This document shows, in pieces, positions 49,698 through 57,781 of a stretch of 64,000 nucleotides of DNA (positions are counted from its first letter, which is position 1; the number at the start of each line of letters is the position of its first letter). The DNA comes from Deltaproteobacteria bacterium (GTDB taxonomy: Bacteria; Myxococcota_A; Polyangia; Polyangiales; Houyiibacteriaceae). Both the position numbers and the translations under genes were made by a program. Under the pieces are notes generated by a model, which saw only the letters and a list, made by a program, of their open reading frames with translations, was not told the origin of the DNA and made no database searches. Where the stretch lies: assembly GCA_034670305.1 (NCBI GenBank), contig JAXMNT010000030.1, positions 29,026 through 93,025 on the forward strand, in the 5' to 3' direction.

Positions 49698-50990
49698 CTA
49701 GGTGCCGGTCTCGCTCGAAGGCTCACTCCAGCCAGCCGGAAACTTGGGTCGGGTGCCGGTCACGGCGCCGGGGGACGTGGTCGTGGACCCAGTCGGAGCA
49801 GCCGTGGGCACAGCCGTGGCCACGACGCGAAGTTCGAACGGGTTGGTCAGGTCCCGGGAAGGACGCGCGATGTGGTAGCCCTGGACGACGTTGCAACCGA
49901 GCACACCGAGCGCAAGACACTCGTGTTCGTTCTCCACACCCTCGGAGATGATGGCCACATCGCTTTCGCGGGCAACGGCCGCAAGTGCGGAGACGAGGCG
50001 CTGTTTGATCGGGGTCGCATGCACATCTCGAACGAGCGTCATGTCCAACTTGATGACGTCGGGTTCGAGTTCCGCGATGCGGTTGAGTCCGGCGTACCCG
50101 GCACCGACATCGTCGACCGCCACGCGGAACCCGATGCGACGCAGACGCTTGAGTTGTTGCCGGGTCGCTGCGTCGAACGGCGTCTGCTCGCTGACTTCCA
50201 GCACCACGCGCTCGGCGTGGCGCCCAAGCGGTGAGTTGCTCGCGTAGAGGGTCGGGTCGTCGAAATCCTCTGGGGCGAGGTTGAGGTACAGGTCGGTGCC
50301 GGGCATCGCCTGATCCAGGAACCGACCAAGTGCGATGGAGCGAATGCGTCGACCGAGTTCGATCGTGCCACCGACTTTGCGCGCGAGTTCGAAGAGCTTG
50401 AGGGGATTGCGCAGCCCTTCGAGCGAACATCGAACCAGCGCTTCGTAGCCGAGGACCGCCTTTCGGTCCCAGTCGACGATCGGTTGAAAGTGCACGTCGA
50501 CCGCGTCCATCGCTTCGAAGAACAGTCCTTCGGTCGAGGCTCGTTCGTTCGCACCGTTGAGCTCCCGCTCGTGCTGCTCTTTGGCGGCGAGGCGGTGGGA
50601 CCGGGAGCGTGCGGTCTGGGCCACGGCCTTCGCCACGACGGCGACCAGCATCTCTTTGCCAACCGGCTTGAGCAGGAAACCGCTTGCGCCCGAGTTGACC
50701 GCCTGCATCACAGTGGCGACATCGGCGCCTCCGGTCACGAGCACGACCGCCAAGTCTTCCTCGAGCTCCTTCACCGTGTCGAGCAGCTCCAGACCACTAC
50801 CGCCCGGCATCGAGATGTCGGAGACAATCGCCACGATGGGCTCCGCGGTCAGGATCTCGATCGCCCCCTCCAGGCTGCGCGCAATGCGCGGGGTCCAGCC
50901 CACGTCCGACAGGACGCGGGCGATGGAGCGGGCAGTCTGTGCGTCGTCGTCGACGATCAGCACACGGGCTTGGGGGAGGTGGTCGTTCAT
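49698..50990 (-). CDS. REC-EAL c-di-GMP phosphodiesterase
   Basis: REC plus FQPI, YEALVR, LNL, LEVSE, DDVGAGY, IKLD, EGVE and QGY motifs. Confidence 0.92.
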   Translation of the reverse strand: MNDHLPQARVLIVDDDAQTARSIARVLSDVGWTPRIARSLEGAIEILTAEPIVAIVSDISMPGGSGLELLDTVKELEEDLAVVLVTGGADVATVMQAVNSGASGFLLKPVGKEMLVAVVAKAVAQTARSRSHRLAAKEQHERELNGANERASTEGLFFEAMDAVDVHFQPIVDWDRKAVLGYEALVRCSLEGLRNPLKLFELARKVGGTIELGRRIRSIALGRFLDQAMPGTDLYLNLAPEDFDDPTLYASNSPLGRHAERVVLEVSEQTPFDAATRQQLKRLRRIGFRVAVDDVGAGYAGLNRIAELEPDVIKLDMTLVRDVHATPIKQRLVSALAAVARESDVAIISEGVENEHECLALGVLGCNVVQGYHIARPSRDLTNPFELRVVATAVPTAAPTGSTTTSPGAVTGTRPKFPAGWSEPSSETGT

Positions 50991-51028
50991 TCTCGGAATC
51001 TCGTGGTGGCGGAATTGTCCCGAGTGAC

Positions 51029-51044
51029 TGCACTTCTCATGCCA
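51029..51044 (-). promoter_or_regulatory. Putative sigma54 promoter of the REC-EAL gene
   Basis: TGGCATGAGAAGTGCA, GG-N10-GC, about 40 nt upstream of ATG 50990. Confidence 0.6.
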
Positions 51045-51128
51045 CTTAGAATCGTGGGGAATCGGGACGGCGAGTGGTCGATTTGACCACTCGTGCCCGG
51101 TTTCGCCCCCGATCTGGCCCGCTCCTGC

Positions 51129-52460
51129 TCAGTCCACCCCGAAGCGTTTGCACTTCTTGTAGAAGAACGAGCGTTCGACCCCCAGCGCACGCGCCGCGGC
51201 GGCCTTGGAACCGTGGGTGCGCACCGCCGCCCGAATGACCTCCTGCTCGTACCCTTCGAGGTGTTCGGCCAGGGTCCGCCCACCCGAGTAGCCGACCACC
51301 GAATCGCCGAGCGCACATCCGACGGCGGATGCGTCGATGGCGGCGCCATCCGCCAAGATCACCAGTCGCTCGATGAGGTTCTGGAGTTCCCGGACGTTTC
51401 CCGGATACGGGTACCTCCGCAGGCGCTCCAGCGCATCGTGGGTCAGGTGGCAGGTCGGCCGTCGGTGCCGGCGGGCAGACACGTCGAGGAACGCGCGGGC
51501 CAGGACCCCGACGTCCTCGAGGCGGGCGCGAAGCGGAGGTGCTTCGAGACCCACCACGTGGAGCCGGTAATAGAGGTCTTCGCGGAAGGTCCCCTGCGCC
51601 ATCATCGACTTGAGGTCGCGGTGCGTCGCGGCGATCACCCGCACATCCGCGGTCTGGGCACGGGTGCCGCCCACCCGTACGAACGTGCCCTCCTGCAGCA
51701 CACGCAAGAGCTTCGGCTGCATGCTGGCCGGCATGTCCCCGATCTCGTCGAGGAAGAGGGTGCCTCCATGCGCCAACTCGAACCGCCCGCGCCGCGCCCG
51801 ATGGGCACCGGTGAACGCGCCGCGCTCGTGGCCGAAGAGTTCACTCTCGACGAGGTTCTCGGGAACTGCGCTGCAGTTGAGTGTCACGAAAGGCCCAGTG
51901 GCACGGGTCGACGCGTGGTGGAGTGCGCGGGCCACGAGACCCTTGCCGGTGCCATGTTCGCCTGTGATCATCGCCCGCCCGTCGGACCGGCCCACCGTCG
52001 CGATCAGCTCCCGCAGCGCGACCATCGACGCGCTCTCGCCGAGCAACTGCGGCGGCTCCGGAAGACTGCGCAGCTCCCGGTTCTCCACACGCAGCTGGTC
52101 CAGTTCGAGACACCGACGCAGCGACAGCTCCAGTCGTGCCGTCTGCACCGGCTTCTCGATGTAGTCGGTTGCGCCGAGTTGTACGGCGCGCACCGCATCG
52201 GGGATCGCAGCCGCCCCCGACATGACGAGCGATGGCACGCTCAGGGACTCCGCGCGGAGTTTCTCCAAGAGCTGCAGGCCGTTCATGCGCGGCATCGAGA
52301 CGTCGGTCAGGAGCAGATCGACCCCGCCCTGGCGGAGCCGATCCACCGCAGCGTGTCCGTCGGTTGCAACCTCGACGGTGTAGCCGAGCTTCTCGAGCAC
52401 CCGGCCCAACGAAGTTCGGATCGTGGGTTCGTCATCGACCAACAGTACGGTGGCAGCCAC
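51129..52460 (-). CDS. NtrC-family sigma54 enhancer-binding response regulator
   Basis: REC, GEHGTGK, GAFTGA, FLDEIG, GNVREL and Fis-type HTH. Confidence 0.95.
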   Translation of the reverse strand: MAATVLLVDDEPTIRTSLGRVLEKLGYTVEVATDGHAAVDRLRQGGVDLLLTDVSMPRMNGLQLLEKLRAESLSVPSLVMSGAAAIPDAVRAVQLGATDYIEKPVQTARLELSLRRCLELDQLRVENRELRSLPEPPQLLGESASMVALRELIATVGRSDGRAMITGEHGTGKGLVARALHHASTRATGPFVTLNCSAVPENLVESELFGHERGAFTGAHRARRGRFELAHGGTLFLDEIGDMPASMQPKLLRVLQEGTFVRVGGTRAQTADVRVIAATHRDLKSMMAQGTFREDLYYRLHVVGLEAPPLRARLEDVGVLARAFLDVSARRHRRPTCHLTHDALERLRRYPYPGNVRELQNLIERLVILADGAAIDASAVGCALGDSVVGYSGGRTLAEHLEGYEQEVIRAAVRTHGSKAAAARALGVERSFFYKKCKRFGVD

Positions 52461-52512
52461 CGACCCACTGTGGTCCGTCGTGCCATCGGTCGTCCAGCAT
52501 CGCGCACGGGAT

Positions 52513-52565
52513 CGGCACTGCAGCTCCCGAAGCCAGCACTGCGCCTCCCACAGCCGGCACTGCGC
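52513..52565. repeat. Three GCACTGC-containing units at 21-bp period in a divergent promoter region
   Basis: Units start at 52513, 52534 and 52555. Confidence 0.65.
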
Positions 52566-52581
52566 GATACACTCCGCCACC

Positions 52582-54423
52582 ATGGCCGACGTCCCCGAAC
52601 ACCGCTTTCAGATTCATCTGGGCGGCATCATCGATCTGCTCTCGAACCATCTCTACTCGAGCCCGAGCGTCTACATTCGGGAGCTGCTGCAGAACGCAAC
52701 CGACGCGATCCGCGCACGCCACCACCTCGAACCCGACCGCCCCGAAGGAACGATTCGGCTCACGGTGGGCGCGAACGCCGAAGGACGGGCGCAGCTCACG
52801 ATCGAAGACGATGGCGTCGGGCTGACGGAAGAAGAAGTCCACCGGTTCCTCGCGACGATCGGCGCCTCGAGCAAACGCGAAGAGCTGGAAGGCCGCCGCT
52901 CCGATTACATCGGACAGTTCGGCATCGGTCTGTTGAGCTGTTTCGTGGTGAGTGAGGAGATCGCAGTGCTCACCCGCAGCGCGAAAGGCGGACCGTCGAT
53001 CTCGTGGCGCGGGCGGGGCGACGGCACCTACACGATCGAGACATTCGAGGGAGACCGCGGTCTCCCAGAATCCGGCACGATGGTGCACCTGGTCGCGAAG
53101 AAGGACGCCGAAGCGTGGTTCGATCCAGAGCGCGTCTCAGAGCTCGCACGGCGGTTCGGCTCCTTGCTCCCGATCCCGATCGAGGTCTGTGCGAACGGGC
53201 GGACGGAGCGGGTGAACGAAGAACCTCCCCCGTGGCGCCGCAGCTTTGGTTCGGTGGAAGAGGCACGGGCCGCGAGCCTCGAGTTCGGCAAGAAGCACCT
53301 GAACTCCGATCTCTTCGACGTGATCCCGCTGCAGTCGGATGCAGGCGCCGTCCAGGGACTCGCCTTCGTGCTGCCCTACTCTCCGAGCCCCACCTCGCCG
53401 CCGGCCCACCGCGTCTACCTCAAGGACATGCTGCTGGCCGAGCGCGCGGAGAACCTGTTGCCGCGGTGGGCGTTCTTCGTGACGTGCGTCCTCAATACGA
53501 ACGACCTGCGGCCCACCGCTTCGCGGGAGTCGTTCTACGAAGACGCGAACCTGCAGGCCGCGCGCGAGGCACTCGGCGCGTCGATCCGCGACTACCTGGT
53601 GCGGCTTCGGACCGAGGACCCGCGGCGTTTGGAGATCCTGATCTCGCTGCACTTCCGCGCGATCAAGGCACTGGCGGCGCACGACTCGGAGTTCCTCGCG
53701 CTCTTCCTCGATCTGCTCCCGTTCGAGACCTCGATGGGGCGCATGAGTTTCGGAGAGATCCGAAAACGCTTCGACGGGAAGATCTGGTTCGCACCGACGG
53801 TGGATGTGTTCCGACAGATCGCGCAGGTCGCCTCGGCGCAGGGCATCGGGGTGATCAACGCCGGCTACAGCTACGACGCGGACCTGCTCGCGCGGGCCTC
53901 GGAAGTCTACGAAGGTCTGGATGTTCGATCGGTCGACGCCGCGGATCTGACCAGCGCACTCGACGAAGTGCGCGACCCGGCACGCTACGAGGAGTTGCTC
54001 GCGGTCGCGGCGCGCACCCTGGCGCCCTACCGCTGCGACGTCTCGCTCAAACGCTTCGACCCCGCCGAGATGCCAGTGCTCTACGCCAGTGGCGAAGACG
54101 TCGCGTTTCAGCGGGCCATCGAGCAGAGCCAGAAAGCCGACAGCGAGGACGGGCTGTGGGCGACGATGCTGGAGAAGGTCAGCGAGCCCACCCAGGACGC
54201 GAAGGCCTCGCTGGTGTTCAACGCCGCCAACCCCCTGGTCGGGCGCCTCGCGCGCACCGCCGACGAGGACGCGCTGCGTCTGACCACCCAGATGCTCTAC
54301 GTGCAGGCCCTCTTGCTCGGGCACCACCCGCTGCGCGCCGAGGAGATGTCGCTCTTGAGCGTGGGCCTGATCGACCTCATCGAGTGGGGCCTCGGCCGCG
54401 ACGACGGCCCGACGCTGCAGTAG
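52582..54423 (+). CDS. Hsp90-family GHKL ATPase (divergent HtpG-like)
   Basis: LYS...IRELLQNATDA, DDGVG, IGQFGIG, GT and LRPTASRE motifs. Confidence 0.9.
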   Translation: MADVPEHRFQIHLGGIIDLLSNHLYSSPSVYIRELLQNATDAIRARHHLEPDRPEGTIRLTVGANAEGRAQLTIEDDGVGLTEEEVHRFLATIGASSKREELEGRRSDYIGQFGIGLLSCFVVSEEIAVLTRSAKGGPSISWRGRGDGTYTIETFEGDRGLPESGTMVHLVAKKDAEAWFDPERVSELARRFGSLLPIPIEVCANGRTERVNEEPPPWRRSFGSVEEARAASLEFGKKHLNSDLFDVIPLQSDAGAVQGLAFVLPYSPSPTSPPAHRVYLKDMLLAERAENLLPRWAFFVTCVLNTNDLRPTASRESFYEDANLQAAREALGASIRDYLVRLRTEDPRRLEILISLHFRAIKALAAHDSEFLALFLDLLPFETSMGRMSFGEIRKRFDGKIWFAPTVDVFRQIAQVASAQGIGVINAGYSYDADLLARASEVYEGLDVRSVDAADLTSALDEVRDPARYEELLAVAARTLAPYRCDVSLKRFDPAEMPVLYASGEDVAFQRAIEQSQKADSEDGLWATMLEKVSEPTQDAKASLVFNAANPLVGRLARTADEDALRLTTQMLYVQALLLGHHPLRAEEMSLLSVGLIDLIEWGLGRDDGPTLQ

Positions 54424-54449
54424 TCAGCCGCCCTCGGTCCCGCGAACGA

Positions 54450-56336
54450 TCAGCGTTCGATGGTGATCAGGAGTGCGTCGCCGGCGGCCCGGACCTCGAA
54501 CTTCGGGGCCTCGCCCACGAACCGAATCTGGAGCGTCGCGCCCGCGGCGTCGTTGTTGATCTGCGCGCGGGCGACCCGCGGATGGACCGATGCGATTCGG
54601 CGCGCGCCCTCGGCCGCTCGGTTGCCGGGGACCACGACTTCGAAGCCTTCGCTCGTGCGGGTGCCGCGAAGTCCGGCGATGGGCTGGCCCATGCGGATCC
54701 GAAACTGTGGGCCGCGGGGGGACTCGTCGCCGAACCGTCGTTCACCCGCGGGCGCGGGTTCGGCGGCGTAGGGGGAGTCGCTCGGCACCGTGCGGGGCGC
54801 CGCGGAAGGGCGCGCCCCGCCCTGAAGTGAACTCAGGGGTCCGGCCCGACGCGACGGTTCGGGCATCGCGCGCGGTGTCTCGGGTTCCACGTCGCCCGCG
54901 AGTTCCGCGGCGGTCGGTACGCTGGGCGCATCGGCCGCCTCGGCGTCGAAGCCAGTGTCCCCCATCTCGGGATCGTTCGGTGCCTGCGGCAAGATCTTGG
55001 CGAAGTTCGCCGCCACCGCGGGGCTGGCCTGGGTCGGCCAGGCCACGAACGCGACGGCCGTGAGCACCACCGCCACGAGCACGTAGCGGCCGTAGCGGCG
55101 CTTCTTCGGAGCCTGCGTTTCGGCAGAGGCTCCTGGGCGCGCGTCGCTGCTCGGCGCGGGCGCCGGTCGGGTGGTCCGGCGGCGTTTGGGGGTGCGGGTC
55201 GCCTCGGACTTCTGACGGCGCATCTTCGACTTGGCCTGCCCGAGCGCCGGTCCCACGCGGCGGCGCAAGCTGCCGGCCAGGTGGCGGGTGCGGGCCCAGT
55301 AGCGCCGGCAGAGTGGAAGCGTCTTCGCCCAGAGGAGGACCATCCATGCCTTGACCTTGGGCACCGCGGCTTTCGCCTTCGCCATGAGCTCGATGCCCGG
55401 CCGGGACTTGAGCGCGGCGATCTCGGCATCGACCGAATCGGGCGCCTCTGCCGTCTCTGCGGGATCGGGCGTCTCGAGCTTGAAGGAACGCGAGAAGTTC
55501 GCTTCGCGTCCGTCGACCGCGGGCTTCTTGGGCGCGTCGGCAAGGGCCGGCCCAGCAACCACGTCGTCCATCGAGTCGTCCATCGAATCGTCGTCGAGAT
55601 CCTGGTCCAGCCCCGAGTCTCCGGAGTCGAACGCGTCGTCGCGCATGTCGTGCGCATCCATCGACGCGAGGTCGGCCGCGGAGGCCGGTGAGGGCGCCTC
55701 GAGCAAGGTGGTCTCCGCCGGTTCGACATCGTCGAACCCGATGGTGAGCACGAGCTTCGGCACATCGCCGTCGATCCGAAGATCCACCGCCGCAAGAATG
55801 CCCTGGCGGCCGCCTTCGGTGACGCCGGTCCCGATGGTCAGAAACGGCAGCGCCTGTTCCACGAGCAACGCGTCGTGGGTGTCGTGTAGGACGGTGGCTT
55901 CCACCCGCTGGGCGACGCCTTCGAGTTTGAGCGCGACCACACCGGGTTCGGTTTCCGGATCGAGGTCGGCCGCGAGCTGCTTCGACCACGCATCGACCAG
56001 CCGCCCGATCGCATCGGCGTCTTCGCCTTCGAGTTCGGTGAACCGCAGACCGAACTCACCGAGGTGCGCTCCGCTGTCGTCGGCCCAGACGACTTCGCAG
56101 TCGGCATCCACGTACACCCCATCGTGCGGGGAGGTGAACCGGCAGCGCAGCTTGGCGCCGACGTCTGGCAAGAACGAGGCACGCATGGACAGACCGCCCA
56201 TACCGACGTCGAGCCCATCCGCTTCGAACGACTCTTCATACCCATCGGGTGCGAGTTCGACGAGCACATCGTCCAGGGGGACGCGGGCCCCATGCGGGTC
56301 GCGTCGGTCCATTGCCTCTTGCATCGATTTCTCCAT
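54450..56336 (-). CDS. PilZ-domain membrane protein with acidic/Pro-rich linkers and a C-terminal periplasmic domain (AMIN-like?)
   Basis: DRR...R and DVGMGG, CEVVW, FGLRF PilZ features; a TM helix after a basic tract. Confidence 0.8.
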   Translation of the reverse strand: MEKSMQEAMDRRDPHGARVPLDDVLVELAPDGYEESFEADGLDVGMGGLSMRASFLPDVGAKLRCRFTSPHDGVYVDADCEVVWADDSGAHLGEFGLRFTELEGEDADAIGRLVDAWSKQLAADLDPETEPGVVALKLEGVAQRVEATVLHDTHDALLVEQALPFLTIGTGVTEGGRQGILAAVDLRIDGDVPKLVLTIGFDDVEPAETTLLEAPSPASAADLASMDAHDMRDDAFDSGDSGLDQDLDDDSMDDSMDDVVAGPALADAPKKPAVDGREANFSRSFKLETPDPAETAEAPDSVDAEIAALKSRPGIELMAKAKAAVPKVKAWMVLLWAKTLPLCRRYWARTRHLAGSLRRRVGPALGQAKSKMRRQKSEATRTPKRRRTTRPAPAPSSDARPGASAETQAPKKRRYGRYVLVAVVLTAVAFVAWPTQASPAVAANFAKILPQAPNDPEMGDTGFDAEAADAPSVPTAAELAGDVEPETPRAMPEPSRRAGPLSSLQGGARPSAAPRTVPSDSPYAAEPAPAGERRFGDESPRGPQFRIRMGQPIAGLRGTRTSEGFEVVVPGNRAAEGARRIASVHPRVARAQINNDAAGATLQIRFVGEAPKFEVRAAGDALLITIER

Positions 56337-56527
56337 GTTCCTTGGGAGCACGCCCCCAAAACCCGTCCCGGGGACAGGCCTCACTCCGCTCTCGCTTCAC
56401 TTCGCCCGTGATGTCCGCGTGCATCGCACTGTTCGCCCTGGCGATGCGCGGCCTGTACACGTGGGTAGCGACTGCGACCCCAACCCGTCCAGTTTCCGAC
56501 AAGAGTTGGCAGCGCGAATCGACCCGC

Positions 56528-56640
56528 TCCCGGACGGCACTGCGATTCCCGGACGGCACTGCGATTCCCGGACGGCACTGCGATTCCCGGACGGCGCTGC
56601 GATTCCCGGACGGCGCTGCGACTTCCCGGATGGCACTGCG
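56528..56640. repeat. 19-bp tandem repeat (TCCCGGACGGCACTGCGAT) x about 6
   Basis: Units start at 56528, 56547, 56566, 56585, 56604 and 56624; no spacers. Confidence 0.93.
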
Positions 56641-56680
56641 TCGAACTTGACCCGATCGGAATCGCAGCGATGCTCCCTCC

Positions 56681-57679
56681 ATGGGCGTACGCCTCACGGT
56701 GCGGTCGTCGTGGACGACACGAGCCGACGCGCAGCGACCGACCTTCGAGTTCGATCACGCGCGCGTCGTGGTGGGCCGCAGCGCCGGCTCGGACGTGACG
56801 CTCCCACATCCTTCCGTCAGCTCCACCCACGCCACGCTCACCGCCGAAGGCGCGGGGTATGTCCTGGTGGACGAGGGCTCGACCAACGGCACCCGCGTCA
56901 ACGGCAAGACCGTTCCGGCGGGGCGCCCCAAGGTGTTGCGCGCCGGCGACCAAATCGAGATCGGCGGGTTCTCGATCGAGGTCGCGTTCGGGGTGGCCCA
57001 GCCGCAATCCAATGAACTGACGTCCGCCCTCGTACAGCAACTGCTGCGCGCGTCGCGGGACGACGGGGAGTCGCTTCGACCGCAGCTGCGCGTACTCAAC
57101 GGCGAGCTTGCGGGCCGGGTGCATCCGCTCCCGCCGCCGCCTTCGAGCACGATCGTCGGCCGCGGAGACCACTGCGACCTCTCGCTCCCCGACGCGGACG
57201 CGTCTCGGGAACATGCCGAGTTCGTCTGCGCTCAGACGCACGTGCTCGTGCGAGACCTGCGGAGCAAGAACGGCATCGAAGTGGACGGGGCCGCGGTCGT
57301 CGAAACCGAACTTCGGGACCGCCAAGAGATCGTCGTCGGCGCGACCCGAATCGCATTCGAGGACCCCGCTCCACAAGTGCTTCGAGAGGTGCTGAAGGAG
57401 CCGGTCGTCAAGATGACCCGGCTCCCGGTTCCAGTGGACCCGGAACCCGAGGCCGCGCTGCCCGAGGCTTCCCAACGCGACATCGACACCGAAGACGTCC
57501 CGCCCATCAGCGATGCCTCCGTCGACCCCGCGCTCGAGCAGACCCCGCTCGCGCAGGACGCACCCAAGGCGCCCGCGCCACCCAAGGAAGGCACGAGCGG
57601 GGATCTGGTCGTCTACATCCTCGCAGGCGCCGTGTTGGCGATCAGCCTTGCCGGCCTGACCTGGCTGCTCTGGCGCTGA
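56681..57679 (+). CDS. Double FHA domain protein with C-terminal TM anchor
   Basis: Two GR...S.xHA...S.NG FHA motifs; C-terminal hydrophobic helix. Confidence 0.9.
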   Translation: MGVRLTVRSSWTTRADAQRPTFEFDHARVVVGRSAGSDVTLPHPSVSSTHATLTAEGAGYVLVDEGSTNGTRVNGKTVPAGRPKVLRAGDQIEIGGFSIEVAFGVAQPQSNELTSALVQQLLRASRDDGESLRPQLRVLNGELAGRVHPLPPPPSSTIVGRGDHCDLSLPDADASREHAEFVCAQTHVLVRDLRSKNGIEVDGAAVVETELRDRQEIVVGATRIAFEDPAPQVLREVLKEPVVKMTRLPVPVDPEPEAALPEASQRDIDTEDVPPISDASVDPALEQTPLAQDAPKAPAPPKEGTSGDLVVYILAGAVLAISLAGLTWLLWR

Positions 57680-57709
57680 CAGCGGAGCGCCTCGCTTGCG
57701 CTGACGGAA

Positions 57710-57768
57710 TGAAGAACGGCCGCCTCCGGAGAAGCGGCCGTCGTTCAGTCATGCCTTCCGGGGAAGGC
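57710..57768. terminator. Hairpins between convergent genes (possible terminator)
   Basis: ACGGCCGC/GCGGCCGT (57716-57741) and GCCTTCC/GGAAGGC (57753-57768); U-tracts are weak. Confidence 0.45.
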
Positions 57769-57781
57769 GGAGGCGCTGGGT

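Noticed and set aside
29806-51100. Horizontally acquired island (sequence looks slightly less GC-biased)
   Set aside because: Impression only; no integrase, tRNA, transposase or flanking direct repeats seen, and composition could not be computed.
56528-56640. Tandem repeats as a CRISPR array (also 25614-25678 and 38169-38321)
   Set aside because: The units are contiguous with no unique spacers, shorter than typical CRISPR repeats, and no cas genes are present.
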